Below, in pieces: positions 18,826 to 28,156 of a stretch of 64,000 bases of DNA. Each line of letters opens with the position of its first letter. Within the stretch, counting starts at the first letter, position 1. Below the pieces are notes generated by a model that did not search any database, was not told the DNA's origin, and saw only the letters and a program-made list of their open reading frames with translations. Both the position numbers and the translations under genes were made by a program. Origin of the DNA: Candidatus Micrarchaeota archaeon (GTDB lineage: Archaea; Micrarchaeota; Micrarchaeia; Micrarchaeales; Micrarchaeaceae); NCBI GenBank assembly GCA_027317945.1, contig DAHVQB010000001.1:9348-73347 (forward strand), given 5' to 3'.

Positions 18826-19920
18826 ATGAATGGTATTGGCAAAACTGGGAAGAAAAGAAGTTTTTGGTTCACTATAACCCATACAAAAAGCATGACGGCT
18901 GAAGAATACAAGAGTACCATAAATAAAGTAATAACTACAGTGGCCCTGGTTTTCATAGTAAGCGCATTCGTTTTCATAGGCATAGCCATATTCGGCGGCA
19001 TAGGGCAAGTCGTAAGCACCATACTGCATTCTAACCTTTACTTATACGCCCTTGCGTTCGCATCGGTATTCTTGGGGTACCTTGTGAGCTTCGGAAAATG
19101 GGCTTACTTTATGAGGAAGCTGCATGTGAAGGTGCCGCTTAAGAAGAATCTCGCAGTATACTTGTCACTTTATTCCATGGACCTGACGCCAGGCAAGATA
19201 GGCAGGGTAGTAACTGCCTACACGATGAGCAGGATAGCAAAGATAAAGGTCTTCAATGTGCTGCCCATAGTTGCCATGGATACGGTGACGGACTTTCTTG
19301 GTGCGGCGATAGTCGCACTTGCTGCTGCCATTTATTTCAATCAATTCTTGTGGATAGTGGTTGTAGCGGACTTGGTGTCCATATTCCCTGCATTTTTCGT
19401 GATAAACGACTGGTTTTTCAGGATACTGCAGAAGGCATTTAAGAAAAGCAGCTACTTGGACATGATAACCATGTATGGCGAGGAATACTTCAGCTCGCAG
19501 AGCAAGCTAAACAAGCCGAGGGTATATCTGGTGTCGCTGATGTTCACCATACCATCTGCTATACTCTATTCGCTGGCGCTCTATTTTGTGATAATGGCGG
19601 TCACGCAAGTGCCGCACATAGGCGCCGTTGCCCCTCCACCCCTGGGCCACACAGTGCTCATATATTATACCGCGCAGGTAGTTGGTTCCATGACTTCGCT
19701 GCCAGGCAACATAGGGGTTACGGATGGGGTGCTCGTAGCTACGCTGAACAGCGTGCTAGGCTTCAACAATTATACCAGCTCGGCGATAACCATCATGACA
19801 AGAATCGCCACGCTGTGGTTTGGGGTGCTTATAGGCGGCGCATTCCTGCTCTATACGTTCCGCTATTGGAACCCTACAAAGCACGAGCTAAGGCGCTTTA
19901 GAAAAAACAGAAACAGATAG
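18826..19920 (+). CDS. UPF0104 / lysyl-phosphatidylglycerol-synthase-TM-like (flippase-like) membrane protein
   Basis: A multi-pass membrane protein. The C-terminal motif MTSLPGNIGVTDGVLVATL resembles the UPF0104 signature (lP.tPGG.Gv.E). The true start may be the internal M at 18892. Confidence 0.55.
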   Translation: MNGIGKTGKKRSFWFTITHTKSMTAEEYKSTINKVITTVALVFIVSAFVFIGIAIFGGIGQVVSTILHSNLYLYALAFASVFLGYLVSFGKWAYFMRKLHVKVPLKKNLAVYLSLYSMDLTPGKIGRVVTAYTMSRIAKIKVFNVLPIVAMDTVTDFLGAAIVALAAAIYFNQFLWIVVVADLVSIFPAFFVINDWFFRILQKAFKKSSYLDMITMYGEEYFSSQSKLNKPRVYLVSLMFTIPSAILYSLALYFVIMAVTQVPHIGAVAPPPLGHTVLIYYTAQVVGSMTSLPGNIGVTDGVLVATLNSVLGFNNYTSSAITIMTRIATLWFGVLIGGAFLLYTFRYWNPTKHELRRFRKNRNR

Positions 19921-19949
19921 GAAAATTAAAAAATCAGGAATAGTGATGA

Positions 19950-20321
19950 TTAGGCCTCCTCAGATTCGTCAGGATCCATGCTCATCTCTTCGTCATCGCC
20001 TTTCGGCTCTTCCGGCGCAGCGCCGTCTCCCTTTTCGATGACCTTTATCTTGCCGAACTTGCCCGTCGAAAGCTGCGGCGTGCCCCTGAATTCGCCAACG
20101 TAACCGTTGGTTATCTCTACGGTATCACCGATGTTGACATCGTTTATGTCGCTGCCCCAAAGGGACATGGCGATCGTTCCTGAATCGTCCTGAAGTGTTA
20201 TATTGGCAACGCTCAGCCTCTTACCATACTTCGACATGACTTCCCTCGGATCGCTCTTCTCAGTGACCTTCGCCTGTATGGTGACGTTGCTAGCTCCTGT
20301 CTTTAATTCGATTATTTTCAT
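19950..20321 (-). CDS. ssb: Single-OB-fold ssDNA-binding protein with acidic C-terminal tail
   Basis: VTIQAKVTEKSDPREV..GKRLSVANITLQDDSGTIAMSLWGSDINDVNIGDTVEITNGYVGEFRGTPQLSTGKFGKI matches the crenarchaeal-type SSB OB fold. The tail is DDEEMSMDPDESEEA. The ATG at 20321 has GGAGAT upstream; the ORF track starts at TTG 20345. Confidence 0.7.
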   Translation of the reverse strand: MKIIELKTGASNVTIQAKVTEKSDPREVMSKYGKRLSVANITLQDDSGTIAMSLWGSDINDVNIGDTVEITNGYVGEFRGTPQLSTGKFGKIKVIEKGDGAAPEEPKGDDEEMSMDPDESEEA

Positions 20322-20493
20322 TTTATACCCCCAATCTCCTTTCAATAAGCAGATTCAAGATTATTTTATAATGGCAAATTATTTTAAGCTTTGGCTTTTT
20401 GAGTGATGGTCATCTCCTAAAAGGTTGATTCCCGTCCATACATGAAATAGCGCAGTGCCTTTTAATCTTTTATGGCAAATATTTAGTGATAAA

Positions 20494-21321
20494 ATGGCTG
20501 ATGAAGGCGAGGGCGGAAAGGTGAAGGAGGAGCCGAAGCTACAGCCAGGAATGCATCCTTCTTTCATGAATGTACTCAAGACAAGGGAGAGGGTAAAGGA
20601 GAGGCTATCCGGCGTGAAGCACAAGATAGGGATATACAGCGCTAAGGGAGGAGTTGGTAAGACCACCGTCTCGGTGAACACTGCGTATGCGCTTAGCGCG
20701 AAAGGGTTCAAGGTCGGCCTGCTTGACGCTGATATAGATTGCCCCAACCTATCGATCTTCCTAGGGATAGAGGGCATGATGGACGTCTCGAGCTTCCCGC
20801 TAAAGCCGATAGAGAAGTATGGGATAAAGGCGGCCAGCACCGCTATGATAGTGGATGATACAAAGAAGCCCATAATCTGGAGAGGCCCCATAATAGTGAA
20901 GATGCTTTACGACTTCTTCGAGAATACGGAATGGGGCGAACTTGATTATCTTATAATAGACCTGCCGCCTGGCACATCCGACGCGCCGCTTACCATAATG
21001 CAGGTGTTGGACCTTGATGGATTCGTGATAGTCACAACGCCGCAGCGCGTGGCAGGCATAAACTCAATAAGGTCCGGGCTCATGGCCAAGAGGCTGAACG
21101 TGTCCATATTAGGAGTCGTAGAGAACATGTCATCAGGCGAGCCTAGCAAGAGCACCGGGATGGTGGTTTCGACCCTCGATACAAGGCTTCTTGGCACGGT
21201 GAAGATGAATCCGCTGTTCAGCATGGCGAGCGACGAGGGCAGGATACCGGCCAGCGAGAACGACAGCATACTGGTTATGTTCAACTCGATAATAGAGTCG
21301 CTCGTCGAGCGCAACAAGTGA
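20494..21321 (+). CDS. Mrp/NBP35 (ApbC) family Fe-S cluster carrier ATPase
   Basis: It has the deviant Walker A IGIYSAKGGVGKTTVSVNTAYAL followed by GLLDADIDCPN. I chose the ATG at 20494 (MADEGEGG). Confidence 0.85.
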   Translation: MADEGEGGKVKEEPKLQPGMHPSFMNVLKTRERVKERLSGVKHKIGIYSAKGGVGKTTVSVNTAYALSAKGFKVGLLDADIDCPNLSIFLGIEGMMDVSSFPLKPIEKYGIKAASTAMIVDDTKKPIIWRGPIIVKMLYDFFENTEWGELDYLIIDLPPGTSDAPLTIMQVLDLDGFVIVTTPQRVAGINSIRSGLMAKRLNVSILGVVENMSSGEPSKSTGMVVSTLDTRLLGTVKMNPLFSMASDEGRIPASENDSILVMFNSIIESLVERNK

Positions 21322-21478
21322 GCGCGCGGATAATTCCGCTACAGGATGGACCACAGCAAAGTATATATATTTTTATGCGGAATCCTCATAACGTATGCAT
21401 ATATGTATATAGAAAATACATGAAACTGTTTATCGGAATTCGTGGTTCTCAATAATTACTGCTTAAAAGGTGGAATAT

Positions 21479-23146
21479 ATGGCTGAAAATCAACTAGGTG
21501 GACAACAGGTACTGCTGCTTCCGGAAGGATCCGCGAGGGTTCTTGGAAGGGATGCGCAGAGGACTAACATAGCGGTTGCAGTTGCTGTATCGAACGCAGT
21601 CAAGACTACGCTCGGGCCGAAGGGCATGGACAAGATGCTGGTCAGCGAGCTTGGGGACATCGTCATAACAAACGATGGAGCCACGATATTGGAAGAGATG
21701 AACGTGGAGCACCCGATAGCTAAGATAATGGTAGACATAGCGAAGACGCAGGACAAGCAGGTAGGAGACGGAACGACCAGCGTTGTGATACTCGCAGGAG
21801 AACTGCTCAAGAACGCAGGGGAGCTGCTGGAGCAGGGCATACACGCGACGACAGTGGTCAGGGGCTACAAGATGGCTGCGGAGAAGGTATCTGAAGTCCT
21901 GAATGAGAAGTCCAAGCCGCTAGACCCGCAGGATGAAGCGACCCTACAGAAGATTGCGCTCGTCTCGCTCGGATCCAAGAACGTGGGCAACGAAGCGACC
22001 AAGGTGCAGATAGCAAAGCTTGCAATAAGGGCGGTAAAACAGGTAATGGATAAGGATTCGACGGGCAAGAAGTATACCATAGACCATGACTTCATCAAGG
22101 TGGAGAAGAAGGTTGGCAGCAGCATAGAAGAGACGCAGTTCATAAACGGCGTGCTCATAGACAAGGAAGCCGCACATCCAGGCATGCCGAAGTCGATACC
22201 GAATGCCAAGATAGCACTGCTTGACGTGGCGCTCGAGATAGAGAAGACAGAGACGGACGCCAGGATAGAGATAACGTCTCCGGAACAGATGCAGGCCTTC
22301 CTACAGCAGGAGGAAACAATGCTGAAGGATATGGTCAACAAGGTAAAGAAGAGCGGCGCGAACGCGGTGTTCACGCAGAAGGGCATCGATGACGTAGCAC
22401 AGCACTACTTTGCAAAGGAGGGCATAATGGCGGTAAGGCGCGTCAAGAAGAGCGACATAGAGAAGCTCGCTAGGGCGACCGGAGCCAAAATGATCACGAG
22501 CCTTGATGACTTGACACCTGCGGACCTCGGTCATGCCGGCATAGTCGAGGAGAGAAAGATAAGCGGTGAACAGATGGTCTTTGTGGAAAAGTGCAAGGAC
22601 CCGAAGAGCGTAACAGTCTTCCTCAGGGCGGGATCCACACAGGTGCTTGACGAGCTCGAGAGGGCGCTGACTGACGTCATAGGTGCGATATCGAGCGTAA
22701 TAGAAAACTCGAAATATGTCATAGGCGGAGGCAGCATAGAGATAGACCTGGCAAACGCACTCAGGTCGTATGCGGGAGACGTTGGCGGAAGGGAGCAACT
22801 TGCAATCCAGAAGTTCGCGGACGCAATTGAGATAATACCGAAGACCCTGTCGGAGAGCGCAGGCATGGACGCGATAGACACCTTGGTGCAGCTCAGGAGC
22901 AGGCACAAGAACAAGGAAGGCAGCGTATATGGCGTTGACCTGTCAAGGAATGCGATTGGCGACATGAGCAGGCAGGGCATATTCGAGCCTACCGTGGTCA
23001 AGCAGCAGGCAGTATTCAGCGCAAGCGAAGCCGCTGAGATAATACTGCGCATAGATGACATGATCAGCTCAAGGGGCAGGGGTCCGGCAGGAGGACCTGG
23101 CGGCATGCCAGGCGGACCGGGAGGCATGGGCGGAGGGATGGATTAA
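21479..23146 (+). CDS. ths: Thermosome subunit (group II chaperonin)
   Basis: Motifs [24 protein letters not shown] and [16 protein letters not shown] are present, with a C-terminal GGM-type tail [18 protein letters not shown]. The ATG at 21479 follows AAAGGTGG. Confidence 0.95.
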   Translation: MAENQLGGQQVLLLPEGSARVLGRDAQRTNIAVAVAVSNAVKTTLGPKGMDKMLVSELGDIVITNDGATILEEMNVEHPIAKIMVDIAKTQDKQVGDGTTSVVILAGELLKNAGELLEQGIHATTVVRGYKMAAEKVSEVLNEKSKPLDPQDEATLQKIALVSLGSKNVGNEATKVQIAKLAIRAVKQVMDKDSTGKKYTIDHDFIKVEKKVGSSIEETQFINGVLIDKEAAHPGMPKSIPNAKIALLDVALEIEKTETDARIEITSPEQMQAFLQQEETMLKDMVNKVKKSGANAVFTQKGIDDVAQHYFAKEGIMAVRRVKKSDIEKLARATGAKMITSLDDLTPADLGHAGIVEERKISGEQMVFVEKCKDPKSVTVFLRAGSTQVLDELERALTDVIGAISSVIENSKYVIGGGSIEIDLANALRSYAGDVGGREQLAIQKFADAIEIIPKTLSESAGMDAIDTLVQLRSRHKNKEGSVYGVDLSRNAIGDMSRQGIFEPTVVKQQAVFSASEAAEIILRIDDMISSRGRGPAGGPGGMPGGPGGMGGGMD

Positions 23147-23164
23147 ACTTAGCTTAGTCCATCT

Positions 23165-23215
23165 TTATTTGATTTTTAATGTCCGGGCTTTGCCCGGATC
23201 TTCTTGCTTTTTACC
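23165..23215 (+). terminator. Putative terminator downstream of thermosome gene
   Basis: Oligo-T tracts (CTTTATTTGATTTTT) precede a 7-bp hairpin TCCGGGC-TTT-GCCCGGA (23182-23198), followed by TCTTCTTGCTTTTT. Confidence 0.4.
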
Positions 23216-23290
23216 AGGCCGATCTACATTGGCTAATTCTTTGGGAGGCTTTTTAGCTTTAATTTGCGTTTAGTTCGAAATGGTAGTTTG

Positions 23291-23890
23291 ATGCTTATAG
23301 CATTCGAAGGAATCGATGGCTCTGGCAAGTCTACCCAGGCCAAGCTTTTGGCTGATCATCTCAGCAAGCTTGGGGCCAAGGTAGAACTCACAAGGGAACC
23401 GACCCAAGATGGCAGCGCAGGCATACTGCTTAAGAAAGAGCTTGGAAGCGTGGGGAACACCCCTGATCCGAGATACTTGCAGCTCCTCTTCGTTGCGGAC
23501 AGAGCATGGCACGTTTCCAACTTCATACGCCCTAAGACCGGCGACGGCGCCGTGGTCATAACCGATAGGTACATAGATTCCACGCGGGCCTACGGATTGG
23601 CGTCCGGATTGGAGATGAGATGGCTGACCCAGATAAACAGCAAGTTCCCGGCTGCAGACATTACGTTCATACTGGACATAACTCCGGAAGAGGCGGCAAA
23701 AAGGCTGGCGTCAAGAAGCGGCAAGAAGGAGCTGTTTGATGACGTTAAGACGTTCAGGAAACTGCGCAGCGCTTATCTCAGGATAAGCAAGAGGGGGGGC
23801 GGTTACCATATAATCGATTCAAGCAGGGGTATGGAAGAGATACGTAATGATATAGCAGCGATAGCAGACGCCGCGCTGCGGAAGCAGTAA
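23291..23890 (+). CDS. tmk: Thymidylate kinase
   Basis: MLIAFEGIDGSGKSTQAKLLADHL P-loop, a DRY motif (VITDRYIDSTRAY) and a LID-like region. Confidence 0.85.
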   Translation: MLIAFEGIDGSGKSTQAKLLADHLSKLGAKVELTREPTQDGSAGILLKKELGSVGNTPDPRYLQLLFVADRAWHVSNFIRPKTGDGAVVITDRYIDSTRAYGLASGLEMRWLTQINSKFPAADITFILDITPEEAAKRLASRSGKKELFDDVKTFRKLRSAYLRISKRGGGYHIIDSSRGMEEIRNDIAAIADAALRKQ

Positions 23891-23972
23891 GCGTTGGTGC
23901 ATGGACGGGCCGGTATATAGGATTAAATATTTTTATTAAAGTTTATACTGTGTATTGATTTTTGGTGGCCGG

Positions 23973-24557
23973 ATGGCAAACAGGATAATAATAGTCACAG
24001 GGACGCCCGGGGCAGGCAAGACGACAGCCATAACCAATAGCGAGGGCATCACAAAAGTGAAGTACAAGGACGTCACAATAGGCACGCTGATGGAGGAAAT
24101 AGTCAAGCAGAAGGGATGGGCAAAGGACAGGGATGAGATAAGGTATCTGCCAAATGACAAGATAACCGAGCTCAGGAAACTGGCCTTCGCTGCTATAGCC
24201 GCCATGAATGACAATGTTGTGGTTGACACCCACGCTTCGATAGAGCAGAGGGGCAGGTACGTGCCAGGCTTACCTACGGCAGAGACCATGCTGCTAAAGG
24301 ACGGATTAAGGGCTATAGTTTGCATAGATGCAAGCACCGAGGACATACTTATCAGGAGAGCAAGCGACAAGAACAGGAAGCGCGAGGTCGAAGATGCAAG
24401 GCTGGTCGACATGCAGAGGGTAATAAACCTGTCCTCGCTATCCTATTACTCGCAAAAGCTGAACATACCTCTATACGTAATAGACAACAAGCAGGACATG
24501 CTGGACGCCACCGTAAAGAGATTCGCAGAGATACTGGAAGAGGTATTCAAAGAATAG
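23973..24557 (+). CDS. adkA: Archaeal-type adenylate kinase
   Basis: IIIVTGTPGAGKTT followed by KDRDEIRYLP...VVVDTHASIEQRGRYVPGLP matches the AdkA family. It sits in the conserved adk-DUF106-L34e-cmk-L14e order. Confidence 0.85.
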   Translation: MANRIIIVTGTPGAGKTTAITNSEGITKVKYKDVTIGTLMEEIVKQKGWAKDRDEIRYLPNDKITELRKLAFAAIAAMNDNVVVDTHASIEQRGRYVPGLPTAETMLLKDGLRAIVCIDASTEDILIRRASDKNRKREVEDARLVDMQRVINLSSLSYYSQKLNIPLYVIDNKQDMLDATVKRFAEILEEVFKE

Positions 24558-24564
24558 TGATTAT

Positions 24565-25641
24565 ATGCTGCAGTTTCCTCTAACACCGATGTCGCCTTCA
24601 ACAGAGGCAATCATACTTATCATAGGAGTGCTTTATCTGGGGCTTTCGCTGGCAATGCAGAGGAAGCTTGTCAATGTGCACAGGATGAGAGAGCTCAGGA
24701 TGAAGATGGGCGACCTGCAGAAGGAGCTTAATGCCATGATAAAGAGCAAGGCTCCCCAGGAAGCGATAACGGCCAAAAACAAGGAATTGATGCCTATAGC
24801 GGGGGAGCAGATGCGCAGTTCCCTGAAACCAATGCTGATAATACCAATCTTCCTCATACTCTACTACTACGCCCTGCCTCTGGAATTCGGTAGTGTTGCA
24901 GTCGTGGTCAATGGAGCCACGTACCAGGCGCCGTATGCGATCGCCGTGAACAGCTCGGCAGTCTACAGCTATTCGTTCCAGTCGTCGGCAGCAGGCTATA
25001 CTTTTGTAAACTCGACCAACGGCTGCACGGGCATATCTGGGGTAGGGGCGTCTGGGACCATCAATGGCAGCAAAATCACTGGCAACTGCACGATCGAGGG
25101 CTTTTACAACGTAAACGGCGTTGGATTTGGCACCAGCATAAACGACAATCAGGTGTCAAAGGACATCGCCTTGAACGTATCCTATTCAGGCACAAATTAC
25201 TCGTACCTAAACAATCAGCTCCCAATTTCGTTCGGCTCCGCTTCCGGATCCATAAGGTACTCATACGCCAGATCCATCAATACAAGTGGGGGGAGCTACA
25301 ATTTCTCACACGTGGAGGGGTGCGGCTACAATTCCAGCAATAGCGCAGGGGTGCTGAACTTTACCGATACAAAAACACCTTGCTTGGTTACCGGTTACTA
25401 TACCGCAGAACCTGCCGCCGGAGCGCAGCAGGCCGGCTCGTCTACGCATTACGTGACATTCATAGGCAATTTGGGCAAGACCACAGGAACCGCGTTGATA
25501 TTAATGCCGCTCAATTACCAGAGCCTGTTCTTTTACCCAGTGCTTGTACTGGGGCTGATCGCATCGTTAGTGATAATGAAATATGACAGCAACAAGATAA
25601 AGCAGATGAGGATAGCCAAGGAGATAGGGCAGGATAAGTGA
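24565..25641 (+). CDS. DUF106/EMC3-like (archaeal YidC/Oxa1-like insertase candidate) with a large extracytoplasmic insertion
   Basis: TM1, then a coiled coil (QRKLVNVHRMRELRMKMGDLQKELNAMIK), then TM2, as in DUF106, and at the conserved position after adkA. About 200 aa of S/G/N/Y-rich, sequon-rich sequence is inserted before the last TM. Confidence 0.6.
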   Translation: MLQFPLTPMSPSTEAIILIIGVLYLGLSLAMQRKLVNVHRMRELRMKMGDLQKELNAMIKSKAPQEAITAKNKELMPIAGEQMRSSLKPMLIIPIFLILYYYALPLEFGSVAVVVNGATYQAPYAIAVNSSAVYSYSFQSSAAGYTFVNSTNGCTGISGVGASGTINGSKITGNCTIEGFYNVNGVGFGTSINDNQVSKDIALNVSYSGTNYSYLNNQLPISFGSASGSIRYSYARSINTSGGSYNFSHVEGCGYNSSNSAGVLNFTDTKTPCLVTGYYTAEPAAGAQQAGSSTHYVTFIGNLGKTTGTALILMPLNYQSLFFYPVLVLGLIASLVIMKYDSNKIKQMRIAKEIGQDK

Positions 25642-25763
25642 TATGGCTGCGGACTGGCGTATCCACACACTGCAAGCATTAATTTTGTAGGCAGGAATTT
25701 TGCTAATGTCTAAATACGTTTCTCTTGTAATATAAGTACGCATTTTTGAATTTGGTGTTTAAC

Positions 25764-26081
25764 TTGCCGAAACCTATGTATAGATCACGCAGCGTAAAGA
25801 AAGTCAACAGGATAACAGCTAAGAAGAGGAATGTAGTACATTACAGGGCAGCCAAAACTTCGCAGCCGCATTGCGCAATATGCAGCGCAGAACTCAATGG
25901 CATAAGCACAAAGGGCGGGAAATCTCGCAGAAGCAACAGCAGACTTTTTGGCGGGGTGCTTTGCGCAAGATGCACTGCAGACGTAATAACGCTTGGAAGC
26001 AGGGTAGAGCAGGGCGACATGAAACTTAATGATATAGGAATGAGGCAGCGTAAGTATGTGCTGCAGCTAGTCGCCCACTGA
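25764..26081 (+). CDS. rpl34e: 50S ribosomal protein L34e
   Basis: (M)PKPMYRSRSVKKVNRITAKKRNVVHY...CAICSAELNG matches the L34e N-terminus and Zn-knuckle remnant. The start is assigned to TTG 25764; ATG 25776 is an alternative. Confidence 0.8.
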   Translation: MPKPMYRSRSVKKVNRITAKKRNVVHYRAAKTSQPHCAICSAELNGISTKGGKSRRSNSRLFGGVLCARCTADVITLGSRVEQGDMKLNDIGMRQRKYVLQLVAH

Positions 26082-26094
26082 GCGGGGGATTTTG

Positions 26095-26619
26095 ATGATA
26101 CGGATCTGTCTGGCTGGTTTGAGCGGTAGCGGTAAGACGACACTAGGGGAGATGCTGGCCGAAGAGCTCAACATAGAGCACATACAGAAATCCTACAAGG
26201 ACGTCACAAAGGACGAGAAGGACCTGCTGCACATGCAGAAAGTAGTGACCAAGACCTACGAGAAGGATTTTGACAAGCAGGTCATAAGCATGGCCAGGGG
26301 CAAGAACTGCGTGATAAGCACGTGGCTGTGCGCCTGGTTCATAAAGGACGCCACGCTAAGGGTGTGGCTGAACGCAAGCAGGAAAGAGAGGGCAATAAGG
26401 CTTATGAAGCTAAAACAGAAGGGCAGGACATTCATACAGACATATCTGAACGAGAAGGACGTGGGCAACGTGAAAAGATGGCAGAAGGTCTATGGCATGG
26501 ATTTGAAGGATCACTCCATATTTGACATAGAGCTCAACACCGAGAATTTCACGCCGCAGGAGATGGTGGAGATAATATCCATGATCGCGCTTGCCAGGGA
26601 TAAGAAGAAGTTTGCTTAG
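26095..26619 (+). CDS. cmk: Cytidylate kinase (archaeal type)
   Basis: P-loop MIRICLAGLSGSGKTTLGEMLAEEL, about 175 aa, at the conserved position between L34e and L14e. Confidence 0.75.
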   Translation: MIRICLAGLSGSGKTTLGEMLAEELNIEHIQKSYKDVTKDEKDLLHMQKVVTKTYEKDFDKQVISMARGKNCVISTWLCAWFIKDATLRVWLNASRKERAIRLMKLKQKGRTFIQTYLNEKDVGNVKRWQKVYGMDLKDHSIFDIELNTENFTPQEMVEIISMIALARDKKKFA

Positions 26620-26627
26620 GTGTTAAT

Positions 26628-26891
26628 ATGTTGTTAGAAGTAGGCAGGGTTTGCATAAAGAAGTATGGAAGGGATGCGGGCAAGCGTGCAGTGATAACAA
26701 AGCTGCGCGAGGACGGCTTCGTTGACGTTGTTACGGCCGCAAGGCCAAAGGACAGGCGCTGCAATCCGAGGCATCTGGAATTCCTGAATGAAAAAGTGGA
26801 CGCCAAGGACAAGGCAATGGTAAACAAGGCGCTCGAACTGGAGGAGAAGGAGCCGCATCCAGCGCCAAAGCAGAAGCCCGCAAAGAAGTGA
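26628..26891 (+). CDS. rpl14e: 50S ribosomal protein L14e
   Basis: KOW-like N-terminus LEVGRVCIKKYGRDAGKRAVITK, 87 aa, with a basic C-terminus. Confidence 0.8.
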   Translation: MLLEVGRVCIKKYGRDAGKRAVITKLREDGFVDVVTAARPKDRRCNPRHLEFLNEKVDAKDKAMVNKALELEEKEPHPAPKQKPAKK

Positions 26892-26971
26892 AAGTGCAAC
26901 GGCTGGTCTGCTTAGATTTATTTGACCTTATTCTGAATGCTTGTGGAGCGGCCAGCTTGAGCTTTTTGCCA

Positions 26972-28081
26972 TCAGATGGTGCCTGTACTCTTCTCCTTGT
27001 CAGGTTTCTTGCTTACTTCCACGGCGTGCTCCTTCACCGCATTGCGCTGGGCCAGGTAAACTGACAGCTTCTGCTCCTCTGTGGAAAGCTGATTCTGCGC
27101 CATTCTGAGCTGTTTTCTGGCCTTGGCAACGTAGTCATGCATTTCCGTTACGGACTTTTCAAGCGTTTGCATATCATCCTTGCTAAGCGATATGGCGCCC
27201 TTTCTTGCCTCTTCTAGCTTCTTAGACCTGGACTGCTCCTCATTGCCTGCCATCTTTACCTGTATGCTAAGAGTTGCAACCTCAAAGGCAGCATACGACG
27301 TAGGCAGCAATGCGCTGACATAATCGCTCAGTGCCTTGCTCATGTCTGTAGGCCTTATTGACTTGTGCAGCATCGTAGGCGTCTTGTCTGCCTTGTTGAC
27401 GTCCCATTCGTATACGGGCCATCCCACGCCCTTGTTCTTATCTATAAACGTTTGTATGAGCGTGTAATTTATTGCTGCGGCATCCTCCCTGCTCCTGCCA
27501 TTGTAGTCAGGGTAGTTGGCTAATATCTCGTCCAGAACCATCTGGGAACGCGGATCCGGCCCGACTGCCACGCTCTCATCATACCTTAGCCTTGTGAAAC
27601 TAGCTACGGGCGCTGCTACAAGCTCTACCGATTCCTCCATGTGGTCTGCGTCCTTTACCTTCAAGGTAGGCTTTGGCGTGTAATCTATCCCAAGTTCGGT
27701 CTCGAAAGACTTAACCTGCCCTCCTGAATTCACCGATACAAGAAGCATGGCGTGGCGTCCTTCAGGGGGCTGGCCAAATATGGATGCTTCCTTGTTCGCT
27801 TCGCTTTTAAGCTCGTTTGATACGGCATGCAGACCTGCGTTTACATCCGATATGTGATCCTCCAAATCGTCATTCGGGTACTTTGCAAGCACTTCCTGCA
27901 GCACCTTTATGCCCTCCGTGGCGACATACAAGTCACCGGCCATCTGGACTATCACGTTAGTGTTGCCTATCTGGACTATCTTCTTGAAATCCTCTTGGTA
28001 ATCGTCTAGCCATATGGATACTTTGCTGTCAGCAGCTATGACTCTGCCATCTTTGTAAGCAACATTCGAAATAGTAGTCAT
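26972..28081 (-). CDS. Proteasome-beta/HslV-type Ntn hydrolase domain fused to a C-terminal coiled-coil region
   Basis: M-TTISNVAYKDGRVIAADSKVS...FKKIVQIGNTNVIVQMAGD. Counting from Thr after Met, Thr1, Asp17 and Lys33 are all present. VAVGPDPRS replaces the GSGS loop. The last 80 aa or so are heptad-like and K/E/Q-rich. Confidence 0.65.
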   Translation of the reverse strand: MTTISNVAYKDGRVIAADSKVSIWLDDYQEDFKKIVQIGNTNVIVQMAGDLYVATEGIKVLQEVLAKYPNDDLEDHISDVNAGLHAVSNELKSEANKEASIFGQPPEGRHAMLLVSVNSGGQVKSFETELGIDYTPKPTLKVKDADHMEESVELVAAPVASFTRLRYDESVAVGPDPRSQMVLDEILANYPDYNGRSREDAAAINYTLIQTFIDKNKGVGWPVYEWDVNKADKTPTMLHKSIRPTDMSKALSDYVSALLPTSYAAFEVATLSIQVKMAGNEEQSRSKKLEEARKGAISLSKDDMQTLEKSVTEMHDYVAKARKQLRMAQNQLSTEEQKLSVYLAQRNAVKEHAVEVSKKPDKEKSTGTI

Positions 28082-28156
28082 GCAATTCTACCTCAAATTA
28101 TCTATCCTGCTTAAGGTATTTAAATTGCTCGTATTAGCGGATTTGGCGCAAATCTG

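Noticed and set aside
21403-21421. Inverted repeat ATGTAT-N7-ATACAT in the thermosome promoter region as a heat-shock operator
   Set aside because: It is short, AT-rich and overlaps TATA-like sequence, so it is expected by chance in an AT-rich spacer. It does not match any operator consensus I can recall with confidence.
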